NCBI GenBank assembly: GCA_965261355.1
Contig: CBDHDK010000002.1
Span: 268,637-332,636, forward strand
DNA from: Dehalococcoidia bacterium
Lineage (GTDB): Bacteria > Chloroflexota > Dehalococcoidia > Lucifugimonadales > UBA3495
Direction of reading: 5' to 3'
Length of the DNA: 64,000 nt
Each line of letters starts with the position of its first letter. Positions within the stretch are counted from its first letter, which is position 1. Under the pieces are notes generated by a model, which had not been told where the DNA came from, did no database searches, and was given only the letters and a program-made list of their open reading frames with translations. A program made the translations under genes and the position numbers. Below are positions 1-13,316 of the stretch, piece by piece.

Positions 1-307
1 CGAATCGGTGCAGGGCTGGCAGGCCGACCGGGTCGCCCGCGACTACATCGAAGCGCGCGGCTACGGGCAGTGGTTCACCCACCGCCTGGGCCACAGTATC
101 GGCTTCGAGGTGCATAGCGAGGCCGTGAACCTTGACGGCTTCGAGACCTACGACACCCGCCGCATCATCCCCGGCGTCTGCTTCTCCGTGGAACCCGGCA
201 TCTACCTGCCCGAGTTCGGCGTCCGCTCCGAGATAGACGTCTTCATGTCCGAAAACGGCCCCGCACCCTCCTCCCCCGTGCAGCGCGAAGTCGTCCTCAT
301 GGGGTAG
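1..307 (+). CDS. Xaa-Pro aminopeptidase (M24 family), C-terminal part, runs off window start
   Basis: Motifs HRLGHSIG..VH, SVEPGIY, GVRSE. Confidence 0.85.
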   Translation, partial: ESVQGWQADRVARDYIEARGYGQWFTHRLGHSIGFEVHSEAVNLDGFETYDTRRIIPGVCFSVEPGIYLPEFGVRSEIDVFMSENGPAPSSPVQREVVLMG

Positions 308-397
308 GCCACCGTGCCTGCCCCCGTCCCCTCCCTCCACTCTCTGCCATTCACCTCTCTGCCCCCTTCCACGTTGAGAAACCCCGTCTCCCCCAAA

Positions 398-426
398 CCG
401 TCATCCCCGCGCAGGCAGGAACCCAA
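398..426. repeat. REP-like short palindromic element
   Basis: ccgtcatccccgcgcaggcaggaaccca resembles GTCATxCCCGCGxAGGCGGGAATCCA-type intergenic repeats; single degenerate copy. Confidence 0.35.
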
Positions 427-634
427 ACCCCCGTCACCTGACTATTGGACCACCTGATTTGAATCCCTTCCAGGTGACGCTAGCCCGGCCTTGCATCAAA
501 AAAGCTAGTTACGTCTAAAACCTGAGTTCTGCATCAAAAGCCCGGTTTCTGTCTCAAAACCCCCGAGATTAGCAGCGTAATTGATAACATCGGCGTACCG
601 AACGCTTTGGCTGGTACCGAGCTACGAGGACTAG

Positions 635-1842
635 GGATTCTCTGAACAAGTCGGGTGGGATGTGGCATAGTTGGAATGAACCAGCAGGTGCCCGTTGAGG
701 AGTAAAGGCAGATGGACCAGCCCACCTTTGCTGACCTGGAATACCAGGGAAAGAGGCGCAAGACCCGCCGGGAACTGTTCTTGGAGCGGATGGACGGCCT
801 AATTCCTTGGCAGAGCCTGGAGAACCGCATCCGCCCCTTCTACCCCAAGGCCGGAAGGGGACGCCATCCCTACCCGCTGTCCGCCATGCTGAGGGTCCAC
901 TGTGTCCAGCTCTTCTACAACCTGAGCGACCCAGGCATGGAGGACCTGCTCTACGAGTCCGACCCGGTGCGGCGGTTCGTGGGGCTGAAGCTCTCAGGCC
1001 CCCTGCCCGACGAGACCACCATCCTGAATTTCCGTCATCTCCTGGAGCAGCACAGCCTGGGGCAGGGGCTGTTGGAAGAGATCAACGCCCACCTGGAATT
1101 TCAGGGGCTGAAGCTGCGGGAGGGAACCATCGTGGACGCCACCATCATAGAGGCACCGTCCTCCACCAAGAACCGTACCGGGGAACGCGACCCGGAGATG
1201 CATCAGACCAAGAAGGGGAACCAGTGGCATTTCGGGATGAAGGCGCATATCGGGGTGGACTCGGAGACGGGCATAGTGCACAGCATGTGCGCGACGGCAG
1301 CCAACGCGCACGATGTTACCGAGACCCACAAACTGTTGCACGGCGGTGAGACGGTGGTGTGGGGCGACGCCGGATATCAGGGGGTTCACAAGAGGGAGGA
1401 GAACCAGGGGCTGGAGGTAGAATGGCTGGTGGCGATGCGTCCGGGGCGTCGTCGGCAGCTGGAGCCTGAGAGCGATGAGGCGCTGGCAGAGAAGGCGAAG
1501 GCGTCGGTGAGGGCCAAGGTGGAGCATCCCTTCCTGAAGGTGAAGCGGTTGTTCGGGTATGTCAAGGTGCGCTACCGGGGTCTGGCGAAGAACACGGAGC
1601 GGGCTGGCGCTGCTGTTCGGGCTGGGCAACCTGCTGACGGCGGAGGGTCAACTGAGGGCGTAGTGCGCCCGGAGGCAGGCCACAACCGGCCTCCGGCCCG
1701 CCCCAGTCCTTAAATAGTGCCGTCAGGGGCGAAACTCAGGGGACTGAGTGCTGGCCAGCAACGCCCGAAAGACAGTTCCCCTACCCCTTTCGCCGCCCCA
1801 TCAAGCAAAACTGATAACAAAACACCCTTGTTCAGACTATCC
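635..1842 (+). mobile_element. IS5-family element
   Basis: 16-bp TIRs ggattctctgaacaag / cttgttcagactatcc; CTAG at 631-634 and 1843-1846. Confidence 0.9.
712..1663 (+). CDS. IS5 transposase with +1 frameshift near 1601
   Basis: IVDATII, KKGNQWHFGMKAHIG, GDAGY, RAKVEHPF; expected tail LALLFGLGNL lies in another frame and ends at TAG 1661-1663. Confidence 0.85.
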
Positions 1843-1846
1843 CTAG

Positions 1847-3080
1847 TAGTTAATCGCTAATGGAATGATGGGTTTTGGGACTTAAGCTTGATCCGGGCGT
1901 CCCCGGTGCTAAAGCGCCAGTTCACCCTGACTCCGTCCCGATTGCGCCGCTCCTGCCAAGTGCCGCTTTCTTGGGTCAGAACCTCCCGGTCAGGTATCCG
2001 GCGATTCAGGCACTGCCTAGTCAGCACTCCCAGTTCTATCTCCGCCATATTCAGCCAACTCCCGTGCTTCGGAGTGTAGTGGATTTCCAGCCACCGGGCT
2101 ATCCGCAGGGCCTCCGCAGGCTCGAAGGCCTCGTACAAGGATGACGGGTGGTGCGTGTTCAGGTTGTCCATCACCAGCACTATCCGCTCCCTGTCGGGGT
2201 AGTCCTCATCCACCAGTTTCCGCACCACCTCCGCCCAGTCGGTCCGCGTGCGCCTTTCCCTGACCTCCACTCGCCGCCATCCCTCCAGCGGCGCGTACAG
2301 CATGAACAGGTTGCTCACCCCGTTGCGCTGGTATTCGTAATTGTAGGCCAAGGGTGCTCCGGGCCTCCCTGGGCGGGGTTGACGCGTATCCTGCACCAAC
2401 TGCTTGCTGTTGTCGTCCAAGCACACCAGCACCTCGTTATCATCAAAGGGCCGATAATGCGCCTCCAGCACGTCCTCCATGGCGCAGACAACCTCGGCGC
2501 TGACCTGAGGCGGGAGACACCAGCACTGCCTCAGCCAGGACTTGAGCCGGGTTTTTTCAGTGTCCGGCGCACCGTCTCGGTGCTGATGCTGTCCACTATC
2601 TCCCTATCTACCTATCTACCAGTCCGCCGACCAGCATCGTGAGGGTCCAACTGACCCGTCCCTCCGGCGGCTTGGAGCAGCCCAACGCTATCAGGTGGGC
2701 CTGTCCCTCGCCGTCCAGCTTCCTGGGGCGGTGGTTGAGTTGCCTCTTGCGCCCGAGGGCCGCCTCCACTCCCTGCTCCACGCAACGGCGGCGCACCCGC
2801 TCCACCGTGGCCGTGCCCACCCCTAGGGCCCGGGCTATCTCCTGATCCATCATCGGACCCTGGGCCTGGTTCTCGTCGCTGAGCAGCAGAATTCGAGCGT
2901 GAGTCTGCTTGTAGGCCGCAGCACGGCCCTTGGACTCCAGTGATTTCAGTTCCTCCTGCTCCTCTCCCGTCAGACTCACCCAGTATTTCCTCACCATCAC
3001 ATCCTCCCAATTCCCGGTCCCTGCGCGTAAGCGCTAGCTCATCATTGCTCATCAGCCATCATTTCAAAGTGGTTGGCCTA
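1847..3080 (-). mobile_element. IS630-family element (orfA 2608-3000 disrupted; orfB 1857-2480)
   Basis: HTH orfA plus DDE orfB (VMDNLNTH, YTPKHGSWLNMAEIEL); A7 run at the junction; bounded by CTAG. Confidence 0.85.
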
Positions 3081-3397
3081 CTAGTCGCGATTGCGAGAGG
3101 ATGTTTGATCCGATGACAAATTTTTCGTTCCTACAAAGTCCCTCAATCGTGGTTTGGCTATGTGTTACACTAGTTAACCGTGAGCCCGTTGCCACACCCT
3201 AGGCAACTTTTTTTCCAGATCTTGCCAAGAACTAGGGTGAGATAGTTGACAAGTGGGTAGCGATCCGCAAAAATAGACCCAAGAGCACTGGTCCGCTACA
3301 AGTGAGCTCCTAGGTCTCTACCAAGAACTCGGCCTATACAGGCTTCGGTCTACAGAACAGAAAGGAGGTATCGAGGTATCAATGTGCAGGAGGCGTT

Positions 3398-3958
3398 ATG
3401 GCCACTCATCCTAATGCCGCCATTGCCGTAGATGTGCTGAGAAGCCACTTGGCCCACTTGAATGGCAAGATTGCTACTCTCACAGAGGAACGGGACACGG
3501 TGGCCAAAGCATTGGAATCTCTCCTAGGTCACAGCGGCGCTACGTCGGCTGAGTGTTCGACTGATCGGAATAATCGCAGCCATCCAGCAGCGACGGATCC
3601 CATCGGCAGTCAGCAGAGGAATATAACAGACCTGAATGACTTGGTTATCGATTTCAAGGGATCGGCCAACCTTAGGGAGCGATTGATCAGAATTGCGCTA
3701 GCTAAGGAGGGCGTGTTGTTAAACATTACAGAGGTGGCTCGGTTCCTGATCGAAGCTGGAGAATCCCAAGCAACGATCCCGAACCTTCGAACTAACGTGC
3801 ACGACATCGTGAACGGAAGCCCAGACCTTTTTGAGAAGGTCTCGCCCGGAACCTACCGATACCTTGGGATGAGGGTTAGGGAAGACAATCCTTCGAACGA
3901 ACAACTAGATGTGCAGCGAGGCATCGGCAAATTCGCGGATGGATCAGAGACAAGCTGA
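3398..3958 (+). CDS. Hypothetical coiled-coil plus putative winged-HTH protein (paralog A)
   Basis: RBS ggagg; C-terminal half aligns with the 5465-6067 protein. Confidence 0.7.
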   Translation: MATHPNAAIAVDVLRSHLAHLNGKIATLTEERDTVAKALESLLGHSGATSAECSTDRNNRSHPAATDPIGSQQRNITDLNDLVIDFKGSANLRERLIRIALAKEGVLLNITEVARFLIEAGESQATIPNLRTNVHDIVNGSPDLFEKVSPGTYRYLGMRVREDNPSNEQLDVQRGIGKFADGSETS

Positions 3959-4017
3959 TTTCAAAAATTTAGCTCCCCCGCCTTTGCACAGAGAGGGAGC
4001 TTGACTGGAGGAACGAG

Positions 4018-5319
4018 ATGAACCCCCAACCTACTATTTACTCTACGGCAACCGCTTTGCGAGGTCAAGACAATGCTGCCACCGGGCGCCGTCAGCTCGG
4101 GCTGGAAATAGCAGCGACGATCAAGATTGGCAAAAACCGCGCGGGGTACGTGGTTCCCTCGCAGTCCGGCACCGGCTCGTATCTGGTGAATTTGGATGGT
4201 GAGCCCTTCTGCACCTGCCCCGATTTCGAATTGCGGCAAGAGCCCTGCAAGCACATCTTCGCGGTTGAGTTCCTTGTCCAACGGGAGGGTGCGCCGAGAA
4301 ACCCAACAAAAACCGACAAAGGAGCCCGAGAGTCCACCACGGACAGAGACTGGTCCGCCTACAACGATGCACAGGCCAACGAGGGGAGGCTCTTTCCCGC
4401 TTTACTAAGAGAGCTTTGCGACGCCGTGCCCCAACATCCGAGGTCCAAGGGGCGTCCGAGATTGCCGCTTGGCGATGTGCTGCACGCTGCTTGCACAAAA
4501 GTTTATAGCACTAGGTCCACTCGTCGGGCTATGGCGGAAATCTCTGACGCCAAAGCGAACGGGTACCTTAGCAAGGCACCGTCGGTCGCCAGTGTCTTCC
4601 GGTGTATTGAGAACCCAGAGCTAACCCCTGTCCTACAGGACCTGATCGCAATGAGCGCTCTGCCGCTTCGTACGACCGAGGTCGACTTCGCCATAGACGC
4701 CAGCGGTTTTTCCTCTTCGGTTTACGAGAACTGGCACGACCACAAATGGGTCCGCCGCGGCGAGAACACACTGTGGGTCAAGGGTCACATTTGCTGCGGC
4801 GTCCGAAGCAACATCATCACCGCCGCTGTTGCCACCCCAGGAACTGCGAACGACGCTCCGTTTTTCACCCCACTCCTGGAGGCCACAGCCCCGAATTTCC
4901 GGGTGGATTCCGTCTCTGCGGACAAGGCCTATCTGAGCCGGAAAAACTTGGGGGTGATTGAGGCCCTTGGGGCAAGCGCTCGCATTCCTTTCAAGTCGAA
5001 TTCGGCTATGTCCGCAGCAAAAAAGCGGCGCGATCCGGTGTGGGAGCGAAACTTCCGCTTTTTCCATGATCATCGCAGCGAGTTCCTAGAGGGCTACCAC
5101 AAGAGGTCGAATGTTGAAACCGTCTTTTCGATGGTGAAGAGCAGGTTCGGGGGCTCTGTACGTTCCAAGACCCCAGCCGCTCGACTGAACGAGGTGCTTC
5201 TCAAATTCCTCTGCCACAACCTTTGTGTAGTGATCAAGGCGAAGTACGACCTCGGTATTGAGCCCGACTTTGATTCGGGGCCGCGTGAGGTCAACTCGTG
5301 GTTCCCGATGGCGGCGTAG
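4018..5319 (+). CDS. Transposase with N-terminal SWIM zinc finger and IS4/IS5-type DDE core
   Basis: CTCPDF..CKH SWIM motif; AIDASG, SADKAY, YHKRSNVETVFSMVK. Confidence 0.85.
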   Translation: MNPQPTIYSTATALRGQDNAATGRRQLGLEIAATIKIGKNRAGYVVPSQSGTGSYLVNLDGEPFCTCPDFELRQEPCKHIFAVEFLVQREGAPRNPTKTDKGARESTTDRDWSAYNDAQANEGRLFPALLRELCDAVPQHPRSKGRPRLPLGDVLHAACTKVYSTRSTRRAMAEISDAKANGYLSKAPSVASVFRCIENPELTPVLQDLIAMSALPLRTTEVDFAIDASGFSSSVYENWHDHKWVRRGENTLWVKGHICCGVRSNIITAAVATPGTANDAPFFTPLLEATAPNFRVDSVSADKAYLSRKNLGVIEALGASARIPFKSNSAMSAAKKRRDPVWERNFRFFHDHRSEFLEGYHKRSNVETVFSMVKSRFGGSVRSKTPAARLNEVLLKFLCHNLCVVIKAKYDLGIEPDFDSGPREVNSWFPMAA

Positions 5320-5464
5320 GTACATCAGGACGCATGGGGCCTGACCCATCAGTCGCGCCCCCATGCGTTCAAGCACCCGGCCTGCCGACGAGGTGACAAC
5401 TCTCGCCAAGACGGTTACAGCCGGAACGGATTATCGAAGGTACGACTTCTACGCGAGGAGGTCT

Positions 5465-6067
5465 ATGGAAACACAGAGCTATAGGCCCGTTCTGGACGCT
5501 CTGACCCAGCAGTATGACAACCTGGGTCGCGAGATCAAGGAAAAGATGGAACTACAGGCCGCAATGGGGATGGTGAGGATCCATTTCGAAAGACTGAGTA
5601 GGTACGATGGCCGCGACGAACCGTACAGGCGTCCGGAGAATGCTGAAACCAGCTTGATCGGCCTGTATGTGGATTTCGGAGGCGCTCGCAACCTTCTCCA
5701 GCGGATACTGAGGATAGGCGATGCAGCTGAAGGGAAGCTCCTGAACGCCACAATGGTCGCAAATTTCCTTATCGAAACCGGGCAATCTCGAGGAAATCTG
5801 AATAGCCTCCGCCGGGAAGTGGGCCAAACATTCAAGCGGCATCCAGAGTATTTTGAGCCGGTGTCAACCGGAACTGTCAGATTCCTAGGCAGGAACGCGA
5901 CTGTTCCGGTCCCTCCCTTGGGGAGCAGATTGCCCAATTGGACGGGTGGCAAAGGACGTAATGGACACAGATATAGCGAATCTGACCAAGGTCTCACTGA
6001 TTTCGGGCAGGAGTTCGATTCTTCCTTGTCCGAAGGAGGTGAAGTAACGGATGAATATTATGACTAA
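5465..6067 (+). CDS. Hypothetical coiled-coil plus putative winged-HTH protein (paralog B)
   Basis: RBS gaggagg before ATG 5465; shares DFxGxxNL..R, LLNxTxVAxFLIExGxS and FExVSxGTxR with paralog A. Confidence 0.7.
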   Translation: METQSYRPVLDALTQQYDNLGREIKEKMELQAAMGMVRIHFERLSRYDGRDEPYRRPENAETSLIGLYVDFGGARNLLQRILRIGDAAEGKLLNATMVANFLIETGQSRGNLNSLRREVGQTFKRHPEYFEPVSTGTVRFLGRNATVPVPPLGSRLPNWTGGKGRNGHRYSESDQGLTDFGQEFDSSLSEGGEVTDEYYD

Positions 6068-6098
6068 GGTAAAACTCCCCGGAAACCGGGCGGACACA

Positions 6099-6691
6099 GC
6101 GCCGCCCACTTCCCCGCCGTCAAGACTCTGGACACCCTCGACTTCCCGGTAATCCCGTCGCTGAACAAGGCGCTGGTGATGGAACTGGCACGCTGTGAAT
6201 ACATCCAGCGCCGGGAGAACGTCATCGCCGTCGGCAACAACGGCACCGGCAAGACCCACGTGGCCCTTGGGCTGGGGCTGGCCGCCAGCCAGCGGGGCAT
6301 GTCCGTGGGTTTCACCACCGCCGCCGCCCTGGTCCACGAGATGATGGAGGCCCGGGACGAGAGACGGCTGCAAAATCTCCAGCGGCAACTGTCCCCGCTC
6401 AACCTGCTGATCATCGACGAACTGGGCTTCGTGCCCCTGTCCCGCACCGGCGCGGAACTGCTCTTCGAGGTCTTCAGCCAGCGCTACGAGCGGGGCTCCA
6501 CAATGGTGACCACTAATCTTCCCTTCGATGAATGGACCGAGGTCTTCGGTTCGGAACGGCTCACCGGAGCGCTGCTGGACCGGCTCACCCACCACGCCCC
6601 AATCCTGGAGATGAACGGCGAGAGCTACCGCCTCAAGCGCAGCAGGGAGAACGCTGCAGCACAAGCCCCGGACGAATCAGACAACCCATAA
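6099..6691 (+). pseudogene. istB: 5'-truncated IS21 istB ATPase
   Basis: GTGKTH, LIIDELG, ALLDRL; close relative of 12428-13210. Confidence 0.85.
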
Positions 6692-6833
6692 GCCGTGCCA
6701 GAAGCCGTCCTCACTCACTCACCCGCCCAGCCAGCTGCCAGCCTGCCTCTGTGACACTTCTCCCGAACAACTGGCGCGGACATTTACGCTGGCCAATGAC
6801 CTCTCTGGTGATACATTTTTGCTCCGCCCCAGT

Positions 6834-7067
6834 TGTTGACGTCCAGCAAAAAGGTCCTCGCTAACAGGCCAGCATAAATGTCACATTCACCCTATGGAGA
6901 ATGTGACTTTGACTCCCAAGGAACAGACAAGACTACAGGTTCTCAACAGCCTGATGGCAGAGCACATGACGTTGGATCAGGCGGCCACGCTGATGGGTGT
7001 CAGCACCAGGCACACGAGGCGTATGCTGGCGGCCTACCGGGAGAAGGGAGTTGCCTCGGTTGTCCAC
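6834..7067 (+). mobile_element. IS1202-like (ISNCY) element, left end and 5' fragment
   Basis: Near-identical to 13317-13550. Confidence 0.85.
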
Positions 7068-7119
7068 GACGACCCGGGCCGCAACATAGGGCGCCCCCGA
7101 TCATCAAACCGGCCGACAA

Positions 7120-7437
7120 TCACAGGAGCAAGTCCGCCGGATCGGTATCGAGAAACTCGACCTCAAACTCGGAGTCGCGCAGGCCGGCGGATTCAACCCT
7201 GGCGAACACATGCTCCAACGAGCCGGCCACGGCTATAACCCCGTTCCGGCCCACCGCCACCCATTGGTCAGGGTACAGTTCCATCAGGGCGCCCCGCTCC
7301 CGATTCATGCGCAGGACGGCCTCGCGGAACTCCTCTCTCCTCTCCCGCAGGGCCTCAACGCCGCCCAGCCGGTCGATGATCGCCTGCACATCCGCCTCAT
7401 CCATCGGGCGTCTTCCACCACCGGCGGTTTCGGGCAT
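7120..7437 (-). CDS. DUF5678-like small protein
   Basis: LMELYPDQWVAV..GVIAVA motif; RBS aggag. Confidence 0.55.
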   Translation of the reverse strand: MPETAGGGRRPMDEADVQAIIDRLGGVEALRERREEFREAVLRMNRERGALMELYPDQWVAVGRNGVIAVAGSLEHVFARVESAGLRDSEFEVEFLDTDPADLLL

Positions 7438-7532
7438 GGCTCTCCTGCCAGTCAGAAAACGGCATTGCCATGCGGGTGCGTACAAGGTTACATACGCCGG
7501 AACAGACGGTCAAGGACAGACCCAGCAGCCCC

Positions 7533-7665
7533 CAGGACGATTGCAAAGTCTTCTACAACCCCGTCATGGTGAGCCTGTCGAACCATCGGTGGCTAGTATG
7601 GGCATCCTTCGACAAGCTCAGGATGAGCAGAAACCGATAGGCGACGTTACTTTGCAATCGTCCTG
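7533..7665. mobile_element. MITE with ISAs1-type ends enclosing a REP-like hairpin
   Basis: Perfect 17-bp TIR caggacgattgcaaagt, identical to the ISAs1 end at 11409-11425. Confidence 0.7.
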
Positions 7666-7741
7666 GGGGGAGGGGTTGCCGAGCGGACAACCCCGCGTCA
7701 AAGCGGCTATAATGCCGCTCCATCAGCCAAGTGGAGGGCCG

Positions 7742-8143
7742 GTGAGCAGAGCCAAGCGGGCAATGGCCGCCCTCGCCATCGTGGTTGCCGCCCTAGTAGT
7801 GGCCGGGGCGTACCTCCTCGCTGGTGATCTGCAGGGCCCAGGGGCCGATGGGCCGTTCAGAATCGACGCCGCGCACTGCAACGGCGGCGCTCCCTACATG
7901 CTCCTGTGGGACCGGGCAAGCTTGGAACTCGGGAACCCGCCGGACTTCTTGGTCGAGAACGTCCGCATGGAGTTCAGGGTGGGGGAGCCGGGCTGGTCGG
8001 CCCTAAGAGTGCTGTCCCTTGAGATGGTTCTGTTAGCTGACGGCAAGGCTTACCTGGCCAGCGGCCACGTTGAGATACACGACTGCAGACTGGAAGACTT
8101 CAAGATTGTGGAGGGCATCAGGAAGGTGGGGGAACACCGGTAG
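7742..8143 (+). CDS. Hypothetical membrane-anchored protein
   Basis: GTG with ggagg RBS; N-terminal hydrophobic helix. Confidence 0.5.
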   Translation: MSRAKRAMAALAIVVAALVVAGAYLLAGDLQGPGADGPFRIDAAHCNGGAPYMLLWDRASLELGNPPDFLVENVRMEFRVGEPGWSALRVLSLEMVLLADGKAYLASGHVEIHDCRLEDFKIVEGIRKVGEHR

Positions 8144-8574
8144 GGCGCGCTGGAATCCCGTCCAGATGCAGCGACGTTCCCTATCCGCAATCACTTGAGG
8201 GGCCTAGCACGCACGATCCCGAAATCCGGCACCGAGATAGCCCGCCCGCGTTGACGCCTTTCGTCAGAACGTCGGCGGATCCGGGACCAAGTTAAGAGCC
8301 GGAACCAAGTGGCGGAATTTTCTCGATACCAGGGCAATCGCGTCTTAATCTATGGTGCATAATGAGTATCTACCGCATTGATGGTCCTCCCGAATACCAG
8401 CATTTTGGGACCAACCTCGCCTGTCCCGGAGTCATCCTGGGCCTTGCTCCAGCCCAATTTCCAGTGCCATCAGAGCTTCGCCCCAGGGTTTTGAGCGCTG
8501 TCAATGACGGGTTAGAAATGAGCCATTTGTAACGGGTTGGAACTAAGCCACATCGTTGATGTCCAGCGATTCTG

Positions 8575-10619
<2,045 letters not shown>

Positions 10620-10715
10620 GCACCTCCGCCAAGTGTCCGGCGATGATGCCCCAGCTATCGAGGTGGCTCAATTCCAGTCCGTAATTTTTGGCTCAGTTTA
10701 AGCCCGTTATTAACA

Positions 10716-11425
10716 CAGCAAATTCCTCTGCCAATGCCGCCAGCACCTGGGGTTGGTTCCCCTTGATGCGCACCAGGCAGTCTCGTCCGTGGCTCACGAT
10801 GGCCTGGCACAGGTCCCGCTCCGCATACAGAGCGTCCATGGTCAGCAGCCTCAGGCCGGGATAGCGCTCGAACAGTTTCCCCAACTGTTCCCGCAACACC
10901 CAGGGTTCGTACCGTTTCTCCGATGCCGGCCACTGGGCCAGGCACAGCTTCAGGTCATGGGCCAGTACGTTCACCATCACCAGAGGATTGCCGCTTACGT
11001 CCTCAGACTGCTTGGCCCATTTGCCGTCCACCGAGGCGTGCACCTCCTGGTCCGCCACCGCCTGGGCCACCCATCCCGCCAGGGCGCCCTGCAGCTGCTC
11101 ATAAGGGACCCCGGCCAAGGTGCGGGAGATGGTGGTGGCGTGGGGCGGATGGTCCCGCACAAAGCCCAAAGGCTCCCTCAGCACCGGCCAGTGCATCTTG
11201 GCGAAGAGGGCGATGTGGGCCATGGTGGTCTGACCACAAACCAAGCCCAGCAGGGTCAGCCGGAGGATGGCCTGAAAGGGATGCCGGCACTCCCCTGGCC
11301 CTCCTGGGATCCGGCACCAGTTCCAAACATCCGAACAGAGATTCCGCCGCCTCCATATCCGCACACTCCCATATCTCACTTCCCTGTCTTTATAAACTTC
11401 CCTCCGTGACTTTGCAATCGTCCTG
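10716..11425 (-). pseudogene. ISAs1-family transposase remnant with left end
   Basis: VPDPRRARG..HPF, SVDGKW, TMDALY, IKGNQP; frameshifted and truncated by IS21-A. Confidence 0.8.
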
Positions 11426-12431
11426 GGCCGAGACCACCGAGGCCTTCCTGGACGGCCACGTAGCAGCCTTCGCCTTTCTGGGCGGAGTCCCCCAGAGCAT
11501 CCTCTACGACAACACCAGGCTGGCGGCGGCGAGGATCCTGGGCGACGGCCGGCGTCAACGCACCCGCGCCTTCACCGAGCTGCAGTCCCACTACCTGTTC
11601 GAGGACCGGTTCGGCCGTCCCGGCAAGGGCAATGACAAGGGCAAGGTGGAAGGCTTGGTGGGGTACATGCGCCGCAACTTTCTGGTGCCGGTGCCGTCCT
11701 TCGAAAGCTTTGATGCGCTCAATGCCTACTTGGAGCGACGATGCCTGGAACGAATGGACGCCAAGCTCAGGGGACATACGGAGACGATTGGCCAGCGGAT
11801 GGAGCGGGACCTGGACGCCCTGCTGCCCCTGCCTCCGGTGGCCTACGACGCTTGCGATAAGCAGGTTGGCCGGGTGAGTTCGCTGTCCCTGGTAAGGTAC
11901 AGGACCAACGACTACTCGGTGCCGGTGGCCTACGGATACCGGGACGTGCTGGTACGGGGATATGTGGACCAGGTGGTGATCAGCTGCGGGTCCGAGGTCA
12001 TCGCCAGGCACCGCCGATCATACGAGCGCGACGACTTCGTCTACGACCCCATCCACTACCTGCCGCTCTTGGAGCGTAAGCCGGGAGCTCTGGACCAGGC
12101 CGCACCCCTGCAGGGCTGGGAACTCCCCGATGAGTTTGGGACGCTGCGCCGGCTGCTGGAGTCCCGCATGGGACGGCGGGGCAAGCGGGAGTACGTGCAG
12201 GCGCTGAGGCTGCTGGAGACCTTCTCCCTGCAGGAAGTGCACGCAGCGGTAAAGGACGCCCTCCGGCTGGAAGCCATCAGCTTCGACGCCGTCAAGCACT
12301 TGGTGCTGTGCCGGCTGGAGGGGCGGCCGCTCAGGCTGGACCTGGAGCTCTATCCCTACCTGCCCCGGGTCAGAGTCAGCACCACGTCCGCCATGGACTA
12401 CATGACCCTGTTGTCGGGGAGAGCGGCATGA
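11426..12431 (+). pseudogene. istA: 5'-truncated istA of a second IS21 (IS21-B)
   Basis: LYDNTR, GNDKGKVEGLVG; begins at the ISAs1 end. Confidence 0.85.
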
Positions 12432-13210
12432 ACGACCGGTCGACGCTGCTATTGGAACACCATCTCAAAGAGCTGAAGCTGCCCAGCTTCCTGAGAGAGT
12501 ACGGGAAGATGGCTGCCCTGTGCGCCGCCGAGGGGGTGGACCATCCCCAGTACCTGCTCAGGCTGGCTGAGCTTGAGCTCATCGACCGCCACCAGCGCAT
12601 GGTGGAGCGGCGGATCCGCGCCGCCCGTTTCCCCGCGGTCAAGAGCCTGGACACCCTCGACTTTCCGGCCATCCCGTCGCTGAACAAGTCCCTGGTGATG
12701 GAACTGGCACGCTGTGAATACATCCAGCGCCGGGAGAATATCATCGCCGTTGGCAACAGCGGCACCGGCAAGACCCACGTGGCTCTGGGACTGGGCCTCG
12801 CCGCCTGCCAGCGCGGACTCTCAGTGGGTTTCACCACCGCCGCCGCACTGGTCCACGAGATGATGGAGGCCAGGGACGAAAGGCGCCTGCTGAACTTACA
12901 GCGACAACTGTCCCGGCTCAACCTGCTGATCATCGACGAACTGGGCTTCGTGCCGCTCTCCCGCACCGGAGCGGAACTGCTCTTCGAGGTCTTCAGCCAA
13001 CGCTACGAGCGGGGCTCCATCCTGGTGACCACCAATTTGCCCTTCGACGAGTGGACCGAGGTCTTCGGCTCGGAACGGCTCACCGGAGCCCTGCTGGACC
13101 GGCTCACCCATCACGTCCACATCCTGGAGATGAACGGCGAAAGCTACCGGCTCAAGCGTAGCAGGGAAACCGCCGCGTCCCAAGCTCCAGACGATCGCGA
13201 GGAAGAATAG
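12428..13210 (+). CDS. istB: IS21 helper ATPase IstB
   Basis: GNSGTGKTH, LIIDELG; ATGA overlap with istA. Confidence 0.9.
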   Translation: MNDRSTLLLEHHLKELKLPSFLREYGKMAALCAAEGVDHPQYLLRLAELELIDRHQRMVERRIRAARFPAVKSLDTLDFPAIPSLNKSLVMELARCEYIQRRENIIAVGNSGTGKTHVALGLGLAACQRGLSVGFTTAAALVHEMMEARDERRLLNLQRQLSRLNLLIIDELGFVPLSRTGAELLFEVFSQRYERGSILVTTNLPFDEWTEVFGSERLTGALLDRLTHHVHILEMNGESYRLKRSRETAASQAPDDREEE

Positions 13211-13316
13211 GGCACACCGCCAACGCTGTCTCCTCCTGCTCCTGTAACGTCCCCACTCCGACCGCTTTACTGCCGTCTGTCATCACGTCGGTGGTACACG
13301 ATCACGCCGCCCCAGT

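Noticed and set aside
6878-8143. Long ORFs such as 6878-8143, 45860-47440, 56805-58259 and 59853-61181
   Set aside because: They are shadow or chimeric frames in GC-rich DNA that overlap better-supported features.
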